This document shows positions 27,041 to 39,287 of a stretch of 64,000 bases of DNA, one piece after another. The notes beneath the pieces are model-generated. The model was not told the DNA's origin and did no database searches. It worked only from the letters and a program-made list of their open reading frames with translations. The stretch is from Eledone cirrhosa (lineage: Eukaryota): assembly GCA_964016885.1 (NCBI GenBank), contig OZ024740.1, positions 314,898,001 to 314,962,000 of the forward strand, given 5' to 3'. The position numbers and the translations under genes are program-made. Position 1 is the first letter of the stretch, and every line of letters begins with the position of its first letter.

Positions 27041-27677
27041 AAGGTGTCTTTACATGATCGTTCGACCTACTAGAAATAGCAGCCTTAAAAAGCTAACTAG
27101 ACATAATTATGTAGTGAGCAAAACACAGTATTAATTTCTAATATCAGTTTAATCTTTTCAGCAAGTATGGCAGACAAACTGTTTGCTAGTATTATCCTAC
27201 CCTTTACATTCTGAGTTCAAATCCCGCCGAGGTTAACTTTGTCTTTCATCCTTACGGGGTCGGTAAAATAAAGTACCAGTAATTTCTCATCCCTCCCCTT
27301 CAAATTGCTGGCCTTGTGTCTAAAGCAGAAACAATTACTCTATTCTTATTTACAAAGTATGGCTTGCCAAAGTAGGGATGAAAGAAGCTGAACAAGAAGG
27401 ATATCCTTCTCTGATGAGGTCAGATAAAACTAAAGCCTGTCCTGAGTTGTCTGCCGTACTTGCTGAACAATTTTAGAATAATGCTTGTTGTTTTTTGGGG
27501 TTTTTTTTTCAATGCCATAATAAAACACTGTCAGTACACTTTGTCAAGTGGTTGGTTTTAGGAAAGGCATCTGTTGTGTACGAGCAAGACATGGTTATCT
27601 GACCCATTTAAGAGGGTAACTTCAACTAAAATCTGTCACAAACTGTATTGACCCGTCCAACTCATGCCACAATAATA

Positions 27678-27870
27678 ATAATTGTTTCTACTTTTGGCAC
27701 AAGGCCAGCAATTATCCCAGTGCATTACTGGTACATTATTTTATCGACCCTGTAAGGATGAAAGGCAAAGTTAACCTCGGTGGGATTGGAACTCAAACCG
27801 TAAAGGGCCGTAACTCTATGCTGCAAAGTATGGCGTCCGACCCTCTACCGATACTGCCAATCCATCACCC
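27678..27870 (-). mobile_element. SINE family A copy
   Basis: Full head-to-tail match to the family; flanked by ATGCCACAATAATAAT and TTGCCACAATAATTAT direct repeats. Confidence 0.85.
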
Positions 27871-27926
27871 CTTGCCACAATAATTATAATGATGCATGCA
27901 ATCGTGGAAAAATGGACGTTAAACAG

Positions 27927-27961
<35 letters not shown>

Positions 27962-28012
27962 TTGATGATGTTGATCTTAATGTTCTCTGTATTAAATACG
28001 TTAACTCTGACT

Positions 28013-28300
28013 TACTGTATATACTCAAATATAACCCGATCCGAATATAAACCGACCACCCCCAATTTTATGTCAGAAATGGGCAAAATTCCTAACCCCG
28101 TTTAAAAGTCGAGACAGCTAATCAACACATTATGTTTAGATGGCGCGGTTTTGAAATTCTCATGAGTGTGAAATATATTTATGAAAATTTAATATTTTGA
28201 TGTTTAAAATGTGTCGTTTAGAATATAGTTTTGTTTCACATTCATTACGTAATGAGTTTTTAAACATTTTATCAGTTTTATGAAATTTCATTCAACAAGT
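28013..28300. mobile_element. Left end of a pogo/mariner-like DNA transposon
   Basis: TACTGTATATACTCAAATATAACCCGATCCGAATATAAACCGAC resembles CCGTATATACTCGAGTATAAGCCG-type TIRs; partner TIR not found. Confidence 0.35.
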
Positions 28301-28679
28301 TTCTCGAATTGTATCTTACTTCTGGCCACTCACCTGCTGCTGGCAGTACTTGGAAAGCAAGGCATCGAATAAGAAAACTTTGTATGGATTCATAGAGTAG
28401 AAGAGAGAGAGAGAGAGGGGGGGGGGGGGGGGGAGAAGCAGAGCAAGAATGAAAAGAGAGAGAGAGAAGCAGGGCAAGAATGGAAAGAGAGTGAGAGCAA
28501 TAAAACACAAGTCAGAAGTGAGATTTCAATCTTACGTAAGATTGAAAGAAAAAGTATTAAATCAGAGAAAAACATGTATGTGTGTGTGCACGTGTGCATG
28601 CGTGTATGAGTGCGTGCGTATGTGTATGGGATATAAATATATTAAAAAGTTTGGTTTATAAACATTTGTTTGAAATATT

Positions 28680-29330
28680 TTCAAGTGGATGCATAGATAA
28701 CGATAGTCTGCGCATCGGCGTTTCCTTGAGGCTTGGACTACAGATCTGTGAGCCACATAAATGTCGCTGTGGATCCACCGTGGACTCTTTCGGCCTCCAC
28801 TCGCTTTCTTGTCGCCACAGTGCCGGCCGCCTTCCACGTCATGCTGCCTTCAACGAGGTCATAAAGCTTGGCTTAGACGCTGCAGGCTTCCCCTCCCAGC
28901 TCGAGCCGGTGGGGCTGGACCGAGGGGACGGCAAAAGGCCAGACGGTATGACCATCTTCCCGTTCCGCGGTAGCAAACCCCTCGTCTGGGATGCCACTTG
29001 CAGCGACACTTTCTCCAGCCGCAACCTGGTGCAGTTTACGACTAACCCAGGTACCGCTGCACGTCGGGCTGAGAAGGCCAAACTCTCCAAGTACCGGTCA
29101 CTCTCCGACAGGTTCGCGGTCGTGCCCTTGGCAGTGGAGACTTCTGGTGTCCTTGACCCTAGGGCTACCTCCCTATTCACCACCATGGGCGCTGAGCTGG
29201 CCAGCCGATGGAATGGCTCTTCCAGCGCATCTCCCTTACCATCCTCCGGGGAAATGCCTTCTCCATCCTGTCCACCGGGGCTGTGAGGTGGCCAGCACAT
29301 GCGACCCCATTTGCTCACCATACGGATTAA
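28680..29330 (+). mobile_element. CRE-clade non-LTR retrotransposon: zinc knuckle, restriction-like endonuclease and 3' end
   Basis: LRLGLQICEPHKCRCG...HSLSC..RH...KRPDG...WDATC...KLSKY...PLAVETSG; GC-rich island in an AT-rich background; 5'-truncated. Confidence 0.85.
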
Positions 29331-29806
29331 CCACACGAGAATATCGTTTGTTTAATGAGAAAAGAGCAAAAGAAATAGAACACGTGAGAAAAAAAGATGA
29401 GAAGAGATGGCAACATGTGTGGAGCGATGAGAACAATTATACGCAAAGACAAAACCACGTTTATGGTATAAATGAAGTCGTAGAGTAATATTCTATTTAG
29501 GAAACCGAATGATTATCAGCTTTGGAGTTAAGAATAAATTTGTTGAACGAGAAAAAAAATATCACGTAATTATGCTATTGTTAGAGATAATACTAATGAC
29601 GATGTATTAAATGTAGAAAAACTGTTTCATTGTGAAATAAAGCCATGTCAGTAGAATGAGCCCCTCATTCTTGCTTTTGTGTTGGCATGTAAACAGAACT
29701 GCAGACACTAATGTTTCTAGGTATTACCCTTCATCAGTACAGTTCACTGTTCACCTGCCAACTGTCAGAGCTAATGAAAATATATTTTCTAAAATATACA
29801 GTGCCT

Positions 29807-29906
29807 GATCGTCCTGATTTGCATATTAGCAGACTGGCTGTTCAGTCAGATCTACATATTAGCAGATCCACTGATCAGCCAGATTTGCATATCGGCAGAC
29901 TGGCCA
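29807..29906 (+). repeat. 33-bp tandem triplication
   Basis: GATCGTCCTGATTTGCATATTAGCAGACTGGCT / GTTCAGTCAGATCTACATATTAGCAGATCCACT / GATCAGCCAGATTTGCATATCGGCAGACTGGCC. Confidence 0.75.
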
Positions 29907-30549
29907 GTTTACATGCCAACACAAGAGCAAGAATGAGGGACTCATTCTACTGACATGGCTTTAAAAAAGAGGCTGTTTGCATAATTGCAAACGAATCGAA
30001 TATTATTATTAATATTCGAAAAACTCAGATTACACACACACACACATATATATATATTAGGATGGTCCTTTTTTTTTCAACTTTCTAAAAGTTTAGCTCT
30101 CACCCCCCTACCTTGTTTCAACTAACAAACATCCAATCTATACAACTGCAAGGCGACCCTCAACGACTGTGAAAATTTGAAGCTTTCGCCTGGAAAGTGA
30201 TTTTTTCAGATAAACATTTTTTTATCTCTTATATAATTTTCTCTTAAATTAAAAACTTGTTCAGACTTATTCTTGGTATTAGCAGGATAAGTGACAGTAA
30301 ATATAATGGGAAGTCAACTTGTAAAGCTGGGGACCTATTTTTCGCTGTGGGAGAAGCAAAATTTTAACTTTCGGAAAATTACCTATGGCTAATATACATA
30401 TATCCGTGATGACGGCCGAGAGAAATGAGTACTCGGTATAGAGTAATATATATATGTATACATATATATGTATATATATATACTCTCCTTTCATATTTCT
30501 CCTTGCTCCCCTTTTCTCATTGTATTTGTATATAAACAAGTACATAGAT

Positions 30550-31450
30550 ACAAGGAGAAAAGGAGATTAAGGAGAAAAGGAGAGCAAGGAGAAAAGGAGT
30601 GCAAGAAGAAAAGGAGAGCAAGGAGAAAGGCTGAGCAATGAGAAAAGGAGAGCAATGAGAAAAGGAGAGCAAGGAGAGCAATGAGAAAAAGAGAGCAATG
30701 AGAAAAGGAGAGCAAGAAGAAAAGGAGAGCAATGAGAAAAGGAGAGCAAGTACAGCGATGAGAAAAGGAGAGCAAGGAGAGCAATGAGGAAAGGAGTGCA
30801 AGGAGAGTAATGAAAACATGAGAGCAATGAGAGCAAGGGGTAACAAGGATAAAAGGAGAGCAAAGAGAGCAAGGAGAAAAGGACAACAAGGAGAGAAAGG
30901 AGAACAAGGAGGAAGGGAGAGCAAGGAGAAAAGGAGAGCAATGAGAAAAGGGGATCAATGAGAAAAGGGGAGTAATGAGAAAAGGAGAACAATGAGAAAA
31001 GGAGAACAATGAGAAAAGGAGAACAATGAGAAAAGGAGAACAATGAGAAAAGGAGAACAATGAGAAAAGGAGAACAATGAGAAAAGGAGAACAATGAGAA
31101 AAGGAGAGCAATGAGAAAAGAAGAGCAAGGAGAGCAATGAGAGCAAGGATAAAAGGAGAGCAAAGACAGCATTAGAAAATGAGAGCAAGGAGAGCAATGA
31201 GAAAAGGAGAGCAAGAAGAGCAATGAGAAAAGGAGAGCAAGGATAACAGGAGAGCAATGAGAGCAAGGAGAGCAATGAAAGCAAGGATAAAAGGAGAGTA
31301 AGGACAGCAGGAGAAAAAGAGAGCAAGGAGAGCAGGGAGGGCAATGAGAAAAGGAGAGCAACGAGAAAAGGAGAGCAAGAAGAGCAAGTATAAAAGGAGA
31401 GTAAGGAGCGCAATGAGAAAAGAAAAGCAAGGTGAGCAAGGAGCGTTAAG
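30550..31450. repeat. Purine-rich 17-bp minisatellite
   Basis: Unit GAACAATGAGAAAAGGA or GAGCAATGAGAAAAGGA, homogeneous at about 30975-31110 and degenerate outside. Confidence 0.9.
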
Positions 31451-31862
31451 GCAAATATTGCTCAAGTTATGCTGGAAGCAGACAAAGGTGAAGAAGAGGA
31501 AGAAGAAAAAAAAATCAACTGAAGAGGTATATTCTGCACCAAAATGACTTTTCTTCCTTTACAAACATCGAGTGTTCGTCTTTTGTAACTCCTGGTACAA
31601 AACTTTCTTCACGAGATTTTCTATCAGCACCGACTTCCTCGACAAAGACCCTTCAACATGGAAGGATGATCCTGGTTACAAAAGTGGACCTGAAAAACTT
31701 GAGAAGGCAGTTGTTGTGAATGATGTTGCAGAAAGTGGTGTCAAACTCATTCAGGATTACAATCTCACAAAAGATGAAACTGAGAAACAATTTGTTTTAC
31801 AGATCGTTACCGAAAACCGTAAAACATACACAATTGCCACTAAATCCACTCTTATGCAAAAA

Positions 31863-32174
31863 TAATTGTTTCTTCTTTTGGCACAAGGTCAACAATTATC
31901 CCAGTGTATTATTGGTACTTTATTTTATCGACCCCGTAAGGATGAAAGGCAAAGTTAACCTCAGCGGGATTTGAACTCAGACCATATGCAAAAATAATTG
32001 TTTCTACTTTAGGCACAAGGCCAGCAATTACCCAGTGCATTACTGGTACTTTATTGTATCGACCCCGTAAGGATGAAAGGCAAAGTCAACCTCGGCGGGA
32101 TTTGAACTCAGATCGTAAAGGGATGTAACTATGCTGGAAAGCATGGCGTCCGACCCTCTACCGATACTGCCAAT
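31863..32174 (-). mobile_element. Two SINE family A copies inserted at the same site
   Basis: TATGCAAAAATAAT occurs three times, around and between the copies. Confidence 0.8.
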
Positions 32175-32633
32175 ATGCAAAAATAATGTTCAATATTCAG
32201 TGTTCAGTGTTCACATTATGATTTTGATTCTATAGAAGTCATTGTAAATAAAAATGCGTTGCTTTTATAGAAGTTGTGTGCTTTATTAAGAAAACCTAAT
32301 ATTTCTTAAGTTTTTCATGTTATTCAAATTAACTATTGGTAAATTTGATTCAGAATGTTTTTAAACATTTGCTGGGGTTGCCTGGATGTGTCTACATAAA
32401 TTTCTCTAAGAAGAAAAAAGAAAATGGTCGAGATAGGGAACAGTATACCGCTTCTGAACAGAATTAATCGTTGCGTATACAATGTTCCCGCTTCAAGGCG
32501 TTTGAGGGTCGCTTAACAGTTATCCGATTGAGCTGATATTTTGCACACCCCGCGGTTTTGTTGATCGAAACAGGATTAGGGGTGGGAGCAGCAACATTTT
32601 AACTTTCGGAAAATAACTATTGCTAGTATATAT

Positions 32634-32665
<32 letters not shown>

Positions 32666-32670
<5 letters not shown>

Positions 32671-33248
32671 GTTATACTTTGGGAGGGTCATGTTGCCAAT
32701 AAGAAACACACGCACCAGTTGCTTTCACTTCAATTTATTATAATAAATTTATATATTTAGGAATTTATAAATTTCTGGTTGGTTGGTTCCACAACCAGAT
32801 GGTTGTTTATATATTGTCAAAGTTCTTTCGTCACACATTCTGTGACCTCTTCAGTGACTGGGGATTCTTTTCTTTGTTTTTGTGCCTCTCCTTTGTTCTG
32901 TCCTACACCATCTTGTTTCAAGAAACAATTTTGGAATGTTTTACATATTTTTATGGACAGAACAAAGGAGAGGTACAAAAACAAAGAAAAGAATCCCCAG
33001 TCACTGAAGAGGTCACAGAATGTGTGACGAAAGAACTTTGACAATATATAAACAACCATCTGGTTGTGGAACCAACCAACCAACCGGAAATTTATAAATT
33101 CCTAAATATATAAATTTATTATAATAAATTGAAGTGAAAGAAACTGGTGCGTGTGTTTCTTATTGGCAACATGACCCTCCCAAAGTATAACAATATCGGT
33201 TTCAACACACGTTTTCAGATAAAGAATCTTGCTACAAATTCAGAAACG

Positions 33249-33251
<3 letters not shown>
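32666..33251 (+). mobile_element. Long fold-back (Penelope pseudo-LTR-like) element with hammerhead motif
   Basis: Arms 32666-32903 and 32955-33196 are near-perfect inverted copies with a 51-bp spacer and an unpaired tail; (TA)n on both sides. Confidence 0.7.
33000..33042 (+). ncRNA. Minimal type I hammerhead ribozyme motif (mirror copy on - strand in left arm)
   Basis: Stem I GTCA/TGAC; core CTGAAGA(G); stem II GTCACA-GAATG-TGTGAC; GAAA; minimal stem III G-AA-C; predicted CUU cleavage triplet. Confidence 0.55.
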
Positions 33252-33334
<83 letters not shown>

Positions 33335-33509
33335 GTGAACAACACAGTATATACCTACTCCATTACCAAAGGTTTCAAGATCCTAGACAATATTAACATA
33401 CGTCTAGTTCGCTATATATTGTGTTGTTGTGTTGTTCACTTTTTAGTTAAATAGCTCTGTATTATACATAGAACACGCTTTTTTCCTTGGCTTTTTCTTC
33501 GGAAATACT

Positions 33510-33577
<68 letters not shown>

Positions 33578-33609
33578 GTAAGTATGTATATATGTATGTA
33601 TATATGTAT

Positions 33610-34371
33610 GTTCTTCTAGTTTTATAATTTCACAAATGTTTACCAATAGAGAGAGAAAGAGAGTCGGTTTCTAACATAGACACAAGGCTCTCTCATTGGA
33701 ATTTACACAACATCAACTAGGTAGATATGTATGCATGTCTGCATGCATGTGTGTGCAGGTATGGATGTTATTGTAATTGTCGAGATGTATGTTTTGAGTT
33801 ATATGCATGTGCATATGCTTTGTAACTTGTACATGTGTACATGGAGTTAGTTGCAGAATTTTGGAATGTTTTACATATTTTTACTGTTCCATTAATGGAT
33901 TGTACTTGTAATTTCCCAACTAGTCATGTTCTTTTTGTGAATCAGGTATTTAGTGTTGATTTCCTGTTCTTGGATTGCAAAAGCGTATCCTTCAAAGTGG
34001 GAGCCAATATAGCGGTTGTTGGTCCAAGATAGACTACTTTGCTTATCTATATTACTCTCACTCTGGAGCTTCCTGGCAACATGTCCTTGCATGTCCTTTT
34101 GCTGATAAGCATGCAGTTTTTCATCCATGGATTCGCTGCGTTATTGCTGGACAATTTCCCTGGGCGTGAACTTGTGATTATCATGCAAGGAGTATCTTTC
34201 AAGGAGTTCCTTCCCAACTCTCATGATCTTATCTGTCTCATGCAGATAGACTTGCTCGATAGATGGGCTCCTACGTTTGGTGGTTCGTAAATGTTGTGGG
34301 AGGGATATGATGGGACATTCAAATGCTGTCTGTACTGATGTTAGCCCTCTGCCTCCCTGCTTACCTTTCAA
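33610..34371 (-). mobile_element. R4/Dong-clade LINE, internally deleted 3' part
   Basis: GGRGLTSV, SLSW...FEGYAFAIQEQEINTK and terminal GTVKICKTFQN motifs, followed by a 3' UTR; embedded in (TATG)n. Confidence 0.7.
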
Positions 34372-34512
34372 GTATGTATGTATGTATGTATGTATGTATG
34401 TATGTATGTATGTATGTATGTATGTATGTATGTATGTATGTATGTATATATTTATGTATGTATATATATATGTGTGTGCATGTGTGTGTATATATATATA
34501 AAAATAAATAAA

Positions 34513-34548
<36 letters not shown>

Positions 34549-34550
34549 AT

Positions 34551-34849
34551 TTTTTATTTTATAGAAGGAGCTTCTACAGGACTAGTACTGTTTCATTCAG
34601 ATGCAATCTTCAGGAAGCTGGGTGTCATATTAAGTTCTGGTATTTATACATTTAGGTAGTGGTAAGGGAGGAGTGGTGGCTGCAGGTGGGGGGGATTTTT
34701 AATATGACACCCAGCTTCCTGAAGATTTCATCTGAATGAAACAGTACTAGTCCTGTAGAAGCTCCTTCTATAAAATAAAAAAATTTTACTCTGCCATGTA
34801 TTGAGTACCTTACTTACTGTGGTTATCCCCGACTCAACCCGGGACCTAC

Positions 34850-34851
<2 letters not shown>
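34551..34851 (+). mobile_element. Fold-back Penelope pseudo-LTR-like element
   Basis: Inverted arms 34551-34633 and 34699-34781; the spacer has TATAAATA on the minus strand; unpaired tail; flanked by (TA)n. Confidence 0.7.
34713..34763 (+). ncRNA. Type I hammerhead ribozyme motif (mirror copy on - strand in left arm)
   Basis: Stem I AGCTTC/GAAGCT; core CTGAAGA; weak stem II; GAAA; stem III CAG/CTG with a palindromic ACTAGT loop; GUA triplet ending at 34757. Confidence 0.65.
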
Positions 34852-34892
<41 letters not shown>

Positions 34893-35072
34893 TATATTAG
34901 TCTTCTGCTATATATAGTCAGTCATACAGTGTTTTAAAAAGAAAACATAGTATCCTATTAAAATATTTGTCTTTATTCCCTTTGTGGCGGAAAAATATTA
35001 ATTACTATTATCAAGATCGGCTGCAACAGCCAACATCCACAACTATGTAAATATACCCCCCCCCCCCCCCCC

Positions 35073-35092
35073 ACACACACACATACACACAC

Positions 35093-35170
<78 letters not shown>

Positions 35171-35264
35171 ACACACACACATTCTTTCTCTCACATACAC
35201 CCACTCTCACACGCACACACACACACACACACACACGCATACGCATACACGCACACGCACACGC

Positions 35265-35295
<31 letters not shown>

Positions 35296-35395
35296 TTCTC
35301 TCTCTCACACACACACACTCTCACACGCACACACACACACACATTTACATACACACATACACACACACATACACACACACACACACTCACTTACA
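35073..35395. repeat. (CA)n-rich microsatellite block
   Basis: Direct inspection. Confidence 0.9.
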
Positions 35396-35661
35396 CTCAC
35401 ACATACATGCACATACATATACACGTACACATATACACACGCATACACATATAATCACACAAACTCACACACATATACACCTACACACGTACAGACACAT
35501 GCATACACACACATAAACACATCCTCACACATGAACTTGTCATAATTATATTGATATACAAGCATACACACACGCATGCATACACACAATATGCATACAC
35601 ACATGCATACACCATGCATACACACACATGCATACACGCATATGCAAACACACACACATAG

Positions 35662-35703
<42 letters not shown>

Positions 35704-36504
35704 GACGTCCTCTTAATTATATTCATATAAAACATTCAAAAGTATACATAGACATAAAACCTCACACACACTTTAATATATAAGCTACACTGATGCACAC
35801 ATACGTACATACACGCACATACACACACAGATGCACACATACACATATATGAAGTATATATAAAATTAATTCCTCGCACATAAACTTATATAAAAGATAC
35901 ACGTACACACACATAGATATTTAGACATATCAGATATACATTCACTCACACACATAGACATACTGTACTCTCGTATATACACATACACACACACAGACAT
36001 TTAAATAAGTCAGATATACATTCTCACACACACATATATATACACGCATGCACACACACATATACACACACATATTTAGAGAAGTCTGACATGCAATCTC
36101 TCACACACACATATAGGTACTCTCACACACACATACACATACATATTTAGAGAAGTCTGAAATGCATACTCACACACACACACATATACACACATATTTA
36201 GAGAAGTCTCACATATTCTCTCTCACACACACAGACATACATAGTCACATACACACACAGACATACATAGTCACACACACACACATATGCACACATATTT
36301 AGAGAAGTCTGACATACATTCTCTTTCTCACACACACACATATACACACACATATTTAGAGAAGTCTGACATGCATTCTCACACACACACATATAGGTAC
36401 TGTCACACACACATATACACATACATATTTAGAGAAGTCTGATATGCATACTCACACACACACACATATACACACATACTTAGAGAAGTCTGACATATTC
36501 TCTC

Positions 36505-39016
36505 TCACACACACAGACATACATAGTCACACACACATACATACATAGTCACACACACACACAGACATACATAGTCACACACACACACAGACATACATAG
36601 TCACACACACACAGACATACATAGTCACACACACAGACATACATAGTCACACACACACACATACATAGTCACACACACACACAGACATACATAGTCACAC
36701 ACACACACAGACATACATAGTCACACACACACACAAACATACATAGTCACACACACACACAGACATACATAGTCACACACACACACAGACATACATAGTC
36801 ACACACACAGACATACATAGTCACACACACACATACATACATAGTCACATACACACACAGACATACATAGTCTCACACACACAGACAGACATAGTCACAC
36901 ACACACACATACATAGTCACATACACACACACAGACATACATAGTCACACACACACACAGACATACATAGTCACACACACACACACAGACATACATAGTC
37001 ACACACACACAGACATACATAGTCACACACACACACAGACATACATAGTCACACACACATACATAGTCACACAAACAGACATACATAGTCACACACACAC
37101 ACATACATAGTCACACACACACACACAGACATACATAGTCACACACACACACATACATAGTCACACACACACACACACACACACAGACATACATAGTCAC
37201 ACACACACACATACATAGTCACACACACAGACATACATAGTCACACACACAGACATACATAGTCACACACACACACACGGACATACATAGTCACACACAC
37301 ACACACACAGACATACATAGTCACACACACACACAGCCATACATAGTCACACACACAGACATACATAGTCACACACACACACACAGACATACATAGTCAC
37401 ACACACACACACACACAGACATACATAGTCACACACACACACACATACAGCCATACATAGTCACACACAGAGACATACATAGTCACACACACACACACAC
37501 ACACAGACATACATAGTCACACACACACACACACAGACATACATAGTCACACACACACACAGCCATACATAGTCACACACACAGACATACATAGTCACAC
37601 ACACACACACAGACATACATAGTCACACACTCACACACAGACATACATAGTCACACACACACACATAGACATACATAGTCACACACACACACACACAGAC
37701 ATGCATAGTCACACACACAGACATACATAGTCACACACATACACACAGACATACATAGTCACACACACAGACATACATAGTCACACACACACACAGACAT
37801 ACATAGTCACACACACACACACAGACATACATAGTCACACACACACACACAGACATACATAGTCACACACACACACACAGACATACATAGTCACACACAC
37901 ACACACAGACATACATAGTCACACACACACACACAGACATACATAGTCACACACACACACACACAGACATACATAGTCACACACACACACAGAGACATAC
38001 ATAGTCACACACACACACACACAGACATACATAGTCACACACACACACACACAGACATACATAGTCACACACACACACAGACATACATAGTCACACACAC
38101 ACACAGACATACATAGTCACACACACACACAGACATACATAGTCACATTCACACACACAGACATACATAGTCACACACACACACACACAGACATACATAG
38201 TCACACACACACACACACAGACATACATAGTCACACACACACACACACACACAGACATACATAGTCACACACACACACAGACATACATAGTCACACACAC
38301 ACACAGACATACATAGTCACACACACACACACAGACATAGTCACACACACACACAGACATAGTCACACACACAGACATACATAGTCACACACACACACAC
38401 ACAGACACACATAGTCACACACACAGACATACATAGTGACACACACACACACACATACACACACACAGACATACATAGTCACACACACACACACAGACAT
38501 ACATAGTCACACACACACACACACACACAGATACATAGTCACACACACAGACATACATAGTGACACACACACACACACAGACATACATAGTCACACACAC
38601 ACACATACAGACATACATAGTCACACACACACACATACATAGTCACACACACACACAGACATACATAGTCACACACACATACATACATAGTCACACACAC
38701 AGACATACATAGTCACACACACACACATACATAGTCACACACACACAGACATACATAGTCACACACACAGACATACATAGTCACACACACACACACACAC
38801 AGACATACATAGTCACATACACAGACATACATAGTCACACACACACACACAGACATACATAGTCACACACACACAGACAGACATACATAGTCACACACAC
38901 ACACACACATACATAGTCACACACACACACACACAGACATACATAGTCACATACACAGACATACATACATAGTCACACACACAGACATACATAGTCACAC
39001 ACACAGACATACACAG

Positions 39017-39049
<33 letters not shown>

Positions 39050-39254
39050 GACATACATACATAGTCACACACACACACACACACACACAGACATACATAG
39101 TCACACACACACACACAGACATACATAGTCACACACACACACACAGACATACATTGTCACACACACACACACAGACATACATAGTCACACACACACACAG
39201 ACATACATAGTCACACACACAGACATACATAGTCACACACACAGACATACACAG

Positions 39255-39287
<33 letters not shown>

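Larger units (their letters stand above)
30057..32627 (+). mobile_element. Internally deleted DNA transposon (hATm-like) with transposase C-terminal remnant at 31572-31865
   Basis: FLDKDPSTW...VVVNDVAESGVKLIQDYNLTKDETEKQFVLQIV..NRK transposase tail; left end TTAGGATGG; subterminal inverted matches GCGACCCTCAA and TTGAGGGTCGC. Confidence 0.55.

Noticed and set aside
27405-27450. CTGATGAGG hammerhead-like core
   Set aside because: No pairable stem II and no properly placed GAAA.
30491-31465. Long Leu/Ser/Phe/Cys-rich ORFs up to 290 aa
   Set aside because: Stop-free frames of the pyrimidine strand of a 17-bp minisatellite; open in several frames.
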